Notes under the pieces: generated by a model
Seen by the model: only the letters and a program-made list of their open reading frames with translations
What the model was told of the DNA's origin: nothing
The model's database searches: none
Made by a program: the position numbers and the translations under genes
Shown: positions 49,067-62,086 of the stretch, one piece after another
How positions within the stretch are numbered: the first letter of the stretch is position 1
Layout of the letters: every line of letters begins with the position of its first letter
Assembly: GCA_008632985.1 (NCBI GenBank)
Contig: QPGO01000012.1
Coordinates: forward strand, 682,001 to 746,000
Source: Psammoneis japonica
Lineage: Eukaryota
Reading direction: 5' to 3'
DNA length: 64,000 bases

Positions 49067-51689
49067 GATTGTCGCAAATTACGTTCCCCTATCCTCTTCA
49101 AGGAGATGGATGAACCCTGGCAAAAAAAATCTTCTGCTCCCGAGACTTTCATGGGAACGGAATGTCACGGGAAAAGATCGGATCCACGACCCGACATCAT
49201 CTTTTGCCAGGTGGCAGATTTTCGGCTGCCACCCGCACTGCAGAGACGCACAGTGTCGCGAGAGCGAGACGTCTCAGCTTTTTATTAGCAACCACGTCAT
49301 AAAGCAAGAACTTAGCTGTGGCACTCCTGAAAAAAATTCATGCGCCGTCACCTTTTAACATCGCTCACGTCCATCCCTAGGTGCACAAGGATGTCAGATC
49401 TGGAATCCGCACGGCGGGAAATCTCGGCTCTGGCAGTCACCACGGACAGAGAGTCAGGATGACTTGGCTGCGAAACTCCTGTCAGAGCTGAACAAAAGTG
49501 GACTTACCATAGGGATCATCCGGCGCCATCTCTTCCTCTCATCGTCTCTCATCCATCATCGTTTCCAGCACCCAGTGTGGCACTTGCCATCTGGTTTCTA
49601 TCTATCTAGTTTTGGGAGTTGAGACCGTCTGTCCATCGTGCCTCGACACGTGCAGGTTTACATCCCCATTGGTCCTGTGTCCTGAACAACTGATGCTCTT
49701 TGAAAGCCAGTTGTCAATTCCGACATCTCTCTATGAAGTTATCCAGGGCAGTGCCAGTTGGTCATGCATGTTTGGGGTCAACGCAACTGTGCAACCAGCC
49801 GTGCTGCACAGGTGAAGCCACTTGTGTCCTGGCAGTGGCGCTGTGTCACAGACAGGCGCCCAAAGAAAGCGAAGGGTGCACGAAACCTCTTTTCAAAGCA
49901 AGGAGAGTGGAGGAAAGTCACAGTGACTTCTCAGATTGGATCTGCACAACTGCTGGCAGTGCACTCATTGTTCACAACAAAAAGAAACAACAGCCGGTGC
50001 CATGGCGGTCTGGCTCACGAGCTCGCTCCAGGTTGGAGCAGACCTCTTCATGCTGCCAGGCTGTGACACCGGTGCTTTTTGATCATGCACCACATGTCAC
50101 ACATGCTTTGCCTGCAGTTGATGTTTGCTGTGTGCAATCTGAGGGCAGTTTTGAGAAGCATGTGCTTCTCTGCACTCCCGCCAACCCTGCTGCACTTTGC
50201 CTTAGAGACTGCCACCACAGACACCAACAAGAAACAGAGAGCTGCTTTTGATCAGCAGCATCAAAACCTTGTTTTTCAGGGCTTTGCTCATTTTTTTAGC
50301 CCCTGCATGTGAGGACACAAAGCACAAGAAAATTTCATGATGTCACAAGCCTTGGGAAGAAACACAATTGGTGCTCCCTGGAGAGCGTCAATTCCATCAG
50401 CTTTGCACATGTTCTTTGTGCAAATTTGTGTGCACACTCGCACTCAGTCAGGCACCCAGCAGGCAAGGCAACAGAGCAGATTTTTTTCTCACTTGCCAAA
50501 TTCATTGCAAAAAGAAAGAGGACCCACTGACCAGACCATGCAAAGCTTGCTCCTGGTGCCCCCCCCCCCCCCAACAAGTGTGTTCTTGTTTTGTGTGTCA
50601 TGCGCGGTGTCGACCAAAGTGGCTGCAAAGGCCCCAAGGCTGTCACATGCATGCTCACAATGCTGGCCTGCTTTTTTTTTGTGGCCAGGCAGGTGCATGC
50701 CTGCACCCTCTGGTGTCACTCCATTTTGTGTGGCTGGCTTGCACCCACCTGACTTCTGGCAACCTTGTGTGCCCCCCTTCTTCTTGCTGCCGACACTTGT
50801 GCTGGCATGGCAGCACACACCATGCTGCTGGCAGCATGGGAGGTTGGGTTGAAGCATGCCTGCTTGAGGTTGACCATTCTTTGTGTCAGCTCACCAAATT
50901 CTGAACAAACACAAGCTCCCACACAAACAAAAAGCTGCCAAAAAGGGTTCGAAAGCTTCCAGAAAGAGTCGAAAAGCAAAAGCAGGAAAAATGCTTGAAA
51001 GGTTCTGGACCAGCTGGGACAGCCAGGGAAGCATTGAAAAGTCCGTTCTGGCTTTTCTTTGCCCATTCTTGTCAATCACAATGCAGTCAACCTTTTTCTG
51101 TCATTGTTTGCATCTGCTTTTGTCACAACCACAGCAAGATCGAAACGAAAAAAAAAAAAAAAAACAGAGCAGAGCAATGTGGTCATTGGAGGAGTCATCA
51201 TCCCACCAAGCAACAAGTGCCAACAAAAGTGTAATTACGCCTTGCCAGCAACACAGCGACATGGAATCACTTTACTGCCGGCATTCATGCTCACCTCACA
51301 TCATGGTTGCGTTGACGACGCACGCATCGCACATCGCACGTCCATTGCCGTTCCCTTTTCCGCACATCGTACAGACGCGCCTAGACCTCCCAGCTCCAAA
51401 CGTCTGTCCCTCGTTGGGACATTCACAACTACAGCAGTGATGGTCTGGATTGGCATTGGCTCACCTCTCTCTCTACTCGCTCCACTCTCTAGTAGCTAGA
51501 TTGTAGTCTCTATGATGCTCTCTCTTGACTACAAGAGTAGAGAGATTTCATTCTATTTTGGGTTTCCTAAGTAGAAGCATTGTCCTTGGTTCAATCAAGT
51601 GTCATGACGCACGAAATGTCGCACTTCGCTACCAGATTGATTGTGTGTAGCTAAACCTACCGATGCCTAATAAGTCACTTCCTCTACAT

Positions 51690-52941
51690 CTATCTATGCT
51701 TTTCACCAGTAGCCTTGATGTGTTCCATACCTCCATGAACATCAATCAACTCCATCACTCGAGCAGCCTTGATCTGAATCGGGTTTTTAAAACCATCAGG
51801 GAAATGTTCTGGTGTTGGCTGCTTTGCCATGAGATCTACGGTGTCTTGTCCGATGATTACTTTGCCGAAACAAGGTTCTGCCGAACCAAAGCTTCGCTTC
51901 TCGTGTGGGCCGTGGATGAACGAGTTATCAATTTTGTTAATGTAGAACATCGGACCAGCAGGATCGCCAGTAAAGCCCAACGTGTATGGAAGGTGAGGGA
52001 TTTTTCGTGGTATTCCTGGAAAGGAACGTGGGCAAGACCTTCGCTCACTAGCTCTTCCTTTCTGTCAGTGTCGGCCATGAGAATGTGCTTTGCATTCCAA
52101 TGAAAGGACGTGTTGTCCCAAAATCCACGTTTAACTTGTTCCAAAAACATGTTCACAGTCGTAGGCATGAGGTCAAGAGGCGCCATTTCAACCGTAAAGT
52201 AGCGAGCAACATGCTTCCCATTCTCTAGAGTCAACTCCAACTGGAACTCGACGTAATGAGGACCAAGCCCAAAGCTATTTCACGATGAGCAAAATTTTGA
52301 AGAGATTGTAAGAACATGTTAGGTACGAGTTGACACCTAATAAAAATCCAGAAGTCGTATAAAGTGCGTACTTACTGTTCGACGGCGTGCTGTTTTGACA
52401 GCCTTTGAATGCTCTCCTGAAGCGCGGTCACATGCTTCTTGGATTGCTCTACTTGATGCTCAAAGTGATCTTTTGTCTTAGAATGGGCACGTTCATCCTC
52501 AAGCTCTTGCAAAAGGTTGCGTTTTTCGTGTTGCAACGCCTTCACAGTGTCTCCCACGTGACTTTCACTGTCAATCGTCCGAAGGGCCTCGTTGAGATCA
52601 TGCATCAATCGCTTTTGCTTATCTAGTAGCGTGTCACGAGCAGTCTCCACTACCCCGATCTTTTTCTTCATTTGTACGTGCTTTGTGTAGCTACCGGCGA
52701 CAAATGTGACCACCAGGAGCGACATGAACAAGGCGTATTTTTGCACCACCTTCTTCTTGGAAGAGCTGCCGTTTTCGTAACTGCGAGTCGAACCACGGGG
52801 TGACGAAAGGCCACCAGATATCTCCCGACTGCCGTTGCTGAAGTTTCTAGGCGATGGTCGGGGCGCGGGTGGCAAAGTCGTTGGTAACATTTGTGGAGTC
52901 ACGGGAGTCCGTTCATTCGAATATCTTCGCATGGCGGGCAT
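51690..52941 (-). CDS. membrane-anchored coiled-coil protein with a C-terminal cyclophilin-like domain (exon 52941-52376, intron 52375-52275, exon 52274-51690; 1-nt frameshift ~52000)
   Basis: TM 'YALFMSLLVVTFVAG', a coiled coil, then 'FGLGPHYVEF...VEMAPLDLMPTTVNMFL...FYINKIDN...EPCFGKVIIG'. GTAAGT/TAG intron is in frame. Confidence 0.75.
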
Positions 52942-53502
52942 GGTGAAAAATACGATGATCGAAGCAAGGAACGAGATGTTTGCGGATTTGGTAGCGTTTT
53001 GTGGAAGACAAAGAAGCGACAGGCTTTTCTTAGTCGTAGTATTTCGAGTAGCGTTCTATCACCACAAGAGTGAGAAGGCAAACTAATGGGATGCATGTAT
53101 GCATGCAGGGTATCGAAAGCGCAAATTGTGGCAGAAAGACCACGAGGTTCGTTTTGGGTGAGTCCCATTTTCAGCTTGTCGGTGTCTGCCCTTCGCACTT
53201 TAAGAAAAAACATTTTCCGTTTATACAAACTTGAATAGATGTTGAACCAAATAGCTTTATTCAAAATTTAATATCGTTATAGAAATTCGAAAATGGAATT
53301 ACATAGGGATGGACATTTTCAATCTAATGTGAGCTACAAAATAATTTAACCGTCAGACAAAACGACGTCGGGGTTTTCTACCGGTACAGTACACAGTGTA
53401 TCTCCAAAAAACAGTCAGGAGAGAAGACGCGCCGCGGGAGCCTATTTTATCAACAAAACGGGCCTGCCTCATCGAAGCAAAGATGTAAATGAATTCAAAA
53501 AA

Positions 53503-56052
53503 TTAAACATAGTCAATCTGATATTGCGACACATGCCGGCGCAGTACAAAGCCAAACCTCACGACACCGAACGAGTACATCAAAACAATTCCCGAAAGGA
53601 CCGCACTCGATTTGAGTTGGGTTCGTAGCACTTTGACAACTTCATCGCTGGTCCATTGGGGGCATTCTCGAATTACCCTCGGAAAGACGGTTGAGTTACA
53701 GAATGAGCAACTGTCAGTGGAATCTATGAAGCAAGCAGCGGTACCCCTTTGCGAATCACTGAGAGGAAAGTCAACCAAATCTACCGAATAGGCGATGCTC
53801 GAAGCAAAAATCGAAGCTGTCACATAAAAGGAAAGCGGACGAGTTAGCAGATGGAATACCCATACCACTTGTAGAGACAACACATCAAGACGCACCTGTC
53901 AGCGCCGTTGTGGTAATCATGGTTGCAATAAACAATATGATGGCAGCTGACTTGGTCGTTAGATCTCGACTGTTCAGGACTGTGTAATGCTTAATACTCC
54001 ATCCGAGTAAGGCCGCCAATGCGAAAAGACCAGCACACGCAAGATAGGCGGTGCCGATCCAAAACGGCTTTACATCTGCTCCCAAAGAAAGTACAGAAGT
54101 CTGCGAAAACAAGAGAACGCATCCTGCGACCGTACAAGCAACAATCGGGAGCAACAGCCAGCCAGGTACATTGGATTCCCTCGATCGCTGGACAATTGGT
54201 TGGGTAACGATGCTCTGCAATCGATAAACAGTGAGGGCGAGCTGCAGAAATAACAGGCGATTCAAAAATTGTGTGAGCGTGGATGAGATATACTGACAAT
54301 CACCTTTCGCCATCACAGTCCTACCAGGAAACATAGTAGTATTGCCCAAATACCGTTCAGCTGACAAGCGAAAGGAAAAACAAGACCAGTGAGAACATGG
54401 AAAAGCTGCGTTGAAGCATCTACAGTAGAGTACTGTATGTAGTCGACTTACAGTGTAATAAAGATATGCCCCTGTTTCCATTCGATCCTGAGCGCGATCA
54501 CGTATCGCAGTACAACTCGAAGCATTGAACATCGACTCGCACCATGCCAATTCTCCCTCTAGACAGCTAGTGTCATTTCCACCACCTGGCAGTGCAGTGT
54601 CTCTTCCGAATAGAGGCAAGCCACAGACAGGCACGACACAAAGTGTGCGACTAGTGCCCTTGGCACAATATCTGTCACGAAACCAAGCCATGGAGCTTCC
54701 AGACCAATAGTGACGAATCCACACATCAGTAACTTTGGCATAGAAAAGGAAAGAAGTAGGGCGTCAGCATGTGTCATGATTGAAGTGATGTTTGCAAAGA
54801 GAGTTGACTGCTCCCCATTTCACTCACCCCGGTGCCAATCAAAGAACGAAAAAGCCTTTGTCACAAACACGGAAAGAAGCAACGCGTGAGCGTTCGTCAC
54901 GAGTGAAGTGCGGCTCCTGATCTCCCTTTCACTTACCACCAGACTTTCAACAGGCAGGAACCACAACAATGCCCACATGTACCGAATCGAACCTATCAGG
55001 TTGATATGCTTGACATTTCCCAGTGAGGCAATCATGGTGATGAAAATGATAACTCCCATAATGCCGGCAAAGAACACGGATCCGTTGTTGTTCCACAAGT
55101 TCACCGCAAGGATGTTGAGTTCATCTTCATTTCTACCATTCACAGGGCTGCGGTCGGCAATGCCTCTGGCAAACAGTACCACAACCAAAAAGATGGCGGA
55201 TCCCACTTGGACCAGCGCAAAAATGGCACAAAGTACATTAAGACGAAAGAGAACGGATCGATCCGAGACGCTGCCTCGTTCCAACCGTGGCAGACAACAC
55301 CAGCACCAAAAACATGGAGCGTTTCGAGCAACAAACGCAGACACTTCTTCCATACTGGGTCGTTTCTTCTTGTACCACGCATAAACCTGCCGATGTAGCG
55401 GAATCAACGAAACTGGTAACTCCTCATCATTTGTTTGATTGAGCGATTCATCTGTGGAAAAGTCGTCAACACTGGATTGTTCATCCTTATGACTCTCATA
55501 TAAGGACGAGACCATTTGTTCCTCGTCACTGGTGGCAAATGCTAGTCCACCATAGGAAGTCACGGATTCTGAATCTTCACCCAACGAATCTGCCTTTCTC
55601 TGAGGAGGGGATTCTTCAATAGGACTCAGTATTTCTTTACTTGTCATCACTGCAGGACTAGATGAACTACGTGTTGCTCTATCATTCTCATCTGTAGTTT
55701 TGGGACTGTTTGTAGTTTTTGCGGTCTTCGCTAAAGAACTAGTACGTGGTGGTGATGGCGGCGGCGGCGGCGGTATGTCTTTTCTCGTAGTGATTGCAGG
55801 ACTGATGTGTATGGCTTTTCTACCGGTCTTTATTGAAGGACTAGGAGGTGGGGATGGTTGTATACCTTGTGTCGTCAATATAACGGGACTTGATGCCGCT
55901 CTCGCCATGTGCCTCGTCGAGGACGGAGGCGGTGAAAGCTGTGCACCGATGCTTTTATCATCGCGGGGCGGTGATGGTGCGTCGTTTAGATTGTGAATCG
56001 TTGGTTCCACGCTTTCGGCAAACCGCAGTTGCCGAGTCATTCGGCCCTTCAT
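53503..56052 (-). CDS. multi-pass membrane protein with a Pro/Ser-rich N-terminus; 6 exons (56052-54937, 54855-54828, 54732-54452, 54360-54325, 54241-53896, 53816-53503)
   Basis: All five introns are GT-AG and join in frame (ESLV|AFSFFDWHR|VTDVWIRH; YYT|LNGIWAILLCFL|LALTV; LT|ASIF). Several hydrophobic helices and Cys-rich loops. Confidence 0.8.
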
Positions 56053-57336
56053 GTTGTTGATGAGTTAGTTTGAACAGAAGTTCTTCCTCTCAATCACACA
56101 CACCTTTCCTGCACAATGCGTCGCCGTTGTCAGTTGTCATTTTGATTTTCGATTTTCGATTTTTTTTCTGGGTTCGCTGTTTCCGCGTTGGTTGTTTCGC
56201 GCATTTTTGCGCGATCATATCTCCGGGTGATACGTGGCTGATTCTCCGACGACTTGATCGCGAGTGAAGACATGTGTCATCCCATCCTTGTCATGGGAGT
56301 TATGATTTGGTTCACTGTCAACAAGGAATCCCGTGCTGCCAGGTTCCGCAGCTTTTTTGACAGTTGTGTACACATTGACAAGGTGGTGGTCAAGGGCACC
56401 AAAACAATTCCCACAGAGTCGTCGACCCACACTGTCGCAACCAATGATGTGGCGACACACTGAAGCTCTGCATCAATGGAGAGCTGGATGGCAAGGTTGA
56501 TGTCAGCACCAAAGGACCCTGCTGTTCCAATCAGGCACCATTGAGCATCATGGGCTCACATGTGGGAGAGACTCGGTCGGACAATCGGGACTTCCATTGA
56601 GGGCACATGTGGATGCGGTCTGCATGGTGCATGGTGTCTGCAGCACATGGCAGTTGAAACACAGACCGTGCATGCGTGCACTCATGATCCATCACAATGC
56701 AAAACACAAAATGAGTGATGGCAACTCTCCAATCAATTTCAGGGATTCTATCATCATCGTCATCATTTTGTGCTGGCACTGGTGGAGATGGAAATGCACC
56801 CATCATGCTCATGCCACCCATTGCCATGTTGCCACCATTGCCACCCATCATTTGCACAATTTGCTGGAAAATCATTTTCCTTCCACTTCAGGAGGGACGC
56901 CACTGCCACCAGGACCACCACCACACTGGACATTTGGTGCCTCCAAAGAAGACTTGCATTTGTGCCCCACCATCAAAAGTGCCACCCAGCAAGTCGACAT
57001 TGATGTTGGGGTTGCCACCTTCAGGAATTTGAACAGGAACCTCCACAACATGAGCTTCTGCTTGTGGATCATTGCCTTCTTCAGCATTGTTTTGACCCCC
57101 TGCACCAGCTGTGCCCTGTTGTTGCTGTCCTGACTGCCAGGAGCAGTGGGAATGACCGAGTCTCCACAAAGGCCACTTGTTGTTTGTGGGTCTGACACTT
57201 GTGCACCCTCAGATTCTTCCCATCCACATTCTTTTGGTGTTCGCGTCTGTGCAAATGGTTCACCTGTTCAGCGCCAGTGCTGCCCTGCATTGCAGAAGAA
57301 CATGGCCCGGAGTTGAGATGTGCAAAAAGGCTCACA

Positions 57337-57731
57337 GACGCGTTCCAGCCCTAGGTGGGAGCTCGTAGCACTGACGTGTGACAACAATAATTTTTATCAT
57401 CCGTCGTATGTTTCGTACGTAGATTTCTACGTGTGATATTAAAAAAAAATTGTCCAGACTCGCTGTTTTGCGAAGCCCCATACGTTTTATATAACAAATT
57501 TATAGAAACAATAATGCGCCAGTTACATTCTTGAATGACTGAAGAATGTAACTGGCTGAGTAAAAAATGATGTACTTCAATCATGTGCGAGTTTGTGCGT
57601 TCGCAAAATTGCCTCATTTTCTGTTGGCGATCATTGACATTTTAATTACCGTATAATTTACTACGGAGCTCGCACGTAGAAGTCTACGGGCCCAATGTCA
57701 CTCGGATTCCCACCTACGTCTGGAACGCGTC
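57337..57731. mobile_element. MITE, 395 bp, with GACGCGTTCCAG TIRs, 4-bp TSD (CACA) and a perfect 15-bp central hairpin; TpA-intact
   Basis: Ends gacgcgttccagccctaggtggga and tcccacctacgtctggaacgcgtc. CACA at 57333-57336 and 57732-57735. Hairpin gccagttacattctt-N9-aagaatgtaactggc (~57518-57556). Confidence 0.9.
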
Positions 57732-58599
57732 CACAAAGAGCTGTTGTCAAATCTCAAATTTCCACACACGGTTTTGTCTGTCCATTGTGCCACACACTTG
57801 CTGCAGTGCAAAGGGTGGGCTTGGACCGCCAAAGAAGCCGCTGAACAACTCCTGCACCTTTGCAACACAACCTGCTGCGGTGACATCTGAGCCCGCGACT
57901 GCAGCTTGGCTCCCCATTTTTCTGTTTCTGCTCGGACAGCATCTGGCACGTCCAATTCGCAGCATTCCTGAATGGTCCTGTTGTCACGCAAGCACATTTC
58001 CACAATGATCTCATTGGCATGCACATCAACATCATGCTCCAAAAGGTCTTGCCCACAGAGTGCCTTCCTGAGCTCTTTTTCAAACAATCCACGAACAACT
58101 TTTGCCTTGTCATCTGCTGCCAGCAGGGAAGGCCTCTCCAACTCACATCAAATGGGCAAATGTCTCCACTTTTGCAGGATTTTTAATTGTCGTGGTCCGT
58201 GCCAGTGATGCCTTGGTCCCTCCATTGATTTTGTGAATTGCCCAGGCAAAAGCCTCTGGTTTGGTTCCCACAAAAGCTGTGAACCCTTGTGGTTTCCTGC
58301 CTTCTTTTCACACTCGCTCCTTCCCTTGGTTGACGCATGCACATGCTGTGCCAATTTTGCCAGCTCATCAAATCCTGGCACTTTGCTTCAGTTTTTCTTC
58401 CTTGCTCCCTGGAAAACCTTCACAACTGCAACATTGTGCACATCTGGATCACAGTCAGAACAAAACTTGTCAATCTCTTGACCTCTCCCACTCCCCTTCT
58501 GCTCAACGTTGCACCAGCTCTCAAGCTTTCCAACAGATTTGAGCAGGTTTTTGATTCACAGCACTCATCAAAGTTCTTTTCAGACATCTTGAACACAGA

Positions 58600-58780
58600 A
58601 GCAAAATCAACTTGTTGGCTGGTGGTTTCATGGCTGGTGGTTGCATGGCCGCACTTTTCTTTGCCGCACCTTTCTTTGTTGTTGTGGCTTCTTTGGCAGC
58701 AGCTTTCTTGGCAGCCTTCCTTGAAGTTGCCAAGTGTTTTTTTTGGCTTTTTTGCCTCTGATTTTTTTTTCTTCTGACCA
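58600..58780 (-). pseudogene. degenerate Lys/Ala-rich coding fragment (histone H1-tail-like low complexity)
   Basis: 'RKAAKKAAAKEATTTKKGAAKKSAA' inside a TpA-depleted block. Confidence 0.35.
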
Positions 58781-59342
58781 AACATGATGACTGCTTTGAC
58801 AATGAGAAGTGTCTCTTGTGCAAACAGATGGAACAGTGCAGAAGGAATGGCAACAGCTGCTCAGATGTTGACAACATCTCTTTGCTTCTTGCTTCCTGCC
58901 TCATTTGATTCAATTGGATTGTCATGTGTCTTGCCATCATCCAGTGCCAGGGACATGCAGAATTGCATGCACTGCACAAAGTGCCAAAAAAGGTGCACAA
59001 TTTGGGGTTTGGGAGTGTGCAATGGGCCTGGGCCTGAACACAGCCATGTGCTGCACCTCTGATTTAGAGTGCCTGAGGCATGCAGCACTGTGCTGCGGCT
59101 GAAAGAACCATTGACTGTTGCACTGTTGAAAGCCAAATAAATTTCTAAACCAAAAACGATGGTCAGTGCACACTTTTGAGTGTGCAGGCATTTGTGAATG
59201 AGATTGCTTTGCAAAATGCAATGCTTTCTCACAGGCACCTTCTCATGCAGCAGGGGCATTGACTGCGCATGTGCATGCACCCAATTGTCTGTTCATCAAT
59301 TGAAATGTGTGAGCTGGCGCGTGTGACCGTTGTGCTCTTTGG

Positions 59343-59370
59343 CTCTCTCTCTCTCTCTCTCTCTCTCTCT
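59343..59370 (+). repeat. (CT)14 microsatellite
   Basis: Read directly from the sequence. Confidence 0.95.
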
Positions 59371-62086
59371 TGCATCATCACATCTCTCTCTTGATGTGAC
59401 TGTGGCAGCACTTTGGACAATTCCAGCTCCATTGCTGGACTGCGATGCAGCACAAGCTTGTGCACCCTTTGTGATGACCATTGTCAACAACTCTGACATT
59501 TTTCCAAGATGTTCCTCGTCTAATCTCATTGTCGCCAATGACTTTCTGAAGGCATTTCACTGAAAAAGGACCCAGTGTGACAATGGAACGAATTGTCATG
59601 ACTTCCAAGGAAATTAAAATGTGGTCAATGAGACACAACACAAGATGAATTTGAGAGATCCTGACCATCTGCACTGTGCCGGCAGAGTGCTGCATTTGTT
59701 TGGCTGATCTGTTGTCAAAAGAGGAGAGTGAGAAAGCTGAAGTTTCTTCTGATGAGGGGTCCTCACCGCAAGACAAAAGCAAGCTCCCAGTTGAGTTGGC
59801 AGCTGAACTTGTTCATGTGTTGGATGGCACTTCCAAGGTGCTCCACAATGTTGAAGTCAAAATCCAAGAATGCTGAATGACCATGCATCCCCAGCCTGCA
59901 GGAGCAGTGTTCATGCTCTCATGTCACTTTCTCCTGTTTAAGACAGGCACTTGGAGCAGTTTGCTCAAGACAGTGATCCCTGGACAATGCCTTCAAACTT
60001 GTGGAACTTTTTCAATCTTCCATTCCTTTTGTGAATGGAAGGTTGAAAAGGTCACATGACACATGGAGACTTGACACCTCTTTACATGCAAAAATGCCAG
60101 CTAAAGTTGGGACAGCCACACTTGTCCTTCAATGGAATCACATGTGTGCTGCAACAGATGCAGCAGGAGAACTCAAGTTGCCAGTCCTTTGGTGTCTGCC
60201 ATGGCATGCTGCAAGCACGTGCGTTGATGTGGAACCTTTTGGTTCCCACGAGTGTGCAACAAATGACTTTGCACAAGGAGAAAATTCTAAAAAAAGAACA
60301 TTGTTGTGGACTTCTGCCATTGCCCTTGGCTCATCTTGGCCATTTTCCTTTGCTGGGCTGTCCTTGTCTGAGCTTGTGAGTTGTCACCTTCTTCTTCTTC
60401 AACCAGTTCTTCAGCAGGTGCGGGTGGTGTGCACCAGCAAAAAGTGGTTTCCTCCATCAGATCACGGCGCGCATCTCCCATTTCTGTTCTGCCGCCTTTG
60501 TGGCTCTGGCTCTGGCACCAATGGTTTTGTCAAAAACTTTGCTCATCTTGGCTCCAAATTCTTGCATCCCAGCTCCAAATTCTTGAAACATCCCAGTGGA
60601 AGGAGGTGATTTGCAACCAGCGGCCTCATGTGATGCAGAGGCCAGCATGTTTTCTTCACCTTCTGGCAAACATGCACAACCTCCACCCTTGTCGGGCTCC
60701 AAAGGCTGACAGAGCCAACACCCAATGTCACTCATGTTCTTCTCTTGGCAAAATGCTTGGGGCAGTGCAGCAAGTCCAATGTGTGTGAAGCAATGTGTGG
60801 TCATTGTTCCCAGGAAGGAATTGTGAGCTTGTCATCACATTTGCTCGCCAGAGCAGGAGCAATTTGGTGATCCGCTGGGGGTTGCCATTCCACAACTCTC
60901 GCCATCGGTTGAAAAAGTTTTTAAGTTTTGTGAGATTGCCTTGGCAAGTCATTGCAAAGTTGAATGTTGTGCAAGGAAACCAACTTCTTGCATGACAGCA
61001 GAGAACCTCATGAGCTGCGTTGTGGTCCGTTGTGGATTTCTCAGACTCATCATTGCGACATTTTCAGCTGTGACAAGGACAACAAAACAATCTGCAAAAT
61101 AGTGCTGTTCAATTGGTGTGCTAAATTATCAACATTTTGGGTGTGTCAGCAAGATGAGTGACACTCTTTTTCTTGCAATTTCGTGCCGCCCCCCGGCCAC
61201 CAAAGGACGACAAAACAACAACGACGGTTGCCCTGAGAGAACACCACACAAAATCAACAGCAGCAGCACACAGGATTTTGAATTGAATGAGTCATTGCAA
61301 TCCTTCCAAAATCAATTTGAAGTCTTGTCAAGGAGTCAAACACCCCACTGCCAAAATGCACTTCCGCGATGCTGCAAACCACAGCACGTGATGACAGTGA
61401 AAACAAAACTCTCAATCAAATTCACTGTCGCTGCGCAGTTGTGCTGGTGGGCCGTCTTCAGTCTTCAGAAAATCCTTGCTTCAGCATCTGTGAGTGTCTT
61501 CAATGATGTCTTCAATCTCAACCCTACGATGCCGGTGCAGGTGCATCGGTTGTCGGTGTGATCTTGATGTCAGCGCTGACCAAGAGAAATTTAAAATGAA
61601 AACACACGCTGGTAGCCAACCATCTGACAGACAAGCTGACAGCACAGGACGGAATCAGTCATTCTTACTTCAAGTAAAAACTATTGGGAAAGTCATTCTT
61701 TCAGTCATTATTCTCATTCTCCGATCCGCCACCTCAAACCGAACCGACGCGAGAATAGCGAGAAGAGAAGTTGTTACCGGCACTTCTTTCATCTATAATG
61801 TTTCATGGTGTTCATACTCTATTTGATCAAAGCTGACTTGTTTCGCATGCATTGCACTCAAAACAACGAAGCTCTATATGTTTGCAAGCAGTCACGTTTG
61901 AACGGGCTTAGTCAAGCATGACTTTGCCGCTTTCCCTGCATTCGATCCCAAATTCGCACGCAAGTATACTGCTGTGCCGTGCCGGCAGCAATGAAACAAA
62001 ATTAAACGGGCTTCATTCTATTCTTCAAGGGTTGTTCTAAATCTGGTGTTTGAAATTGTCTCATAAAATTCGAAGCGTGAGACAAA

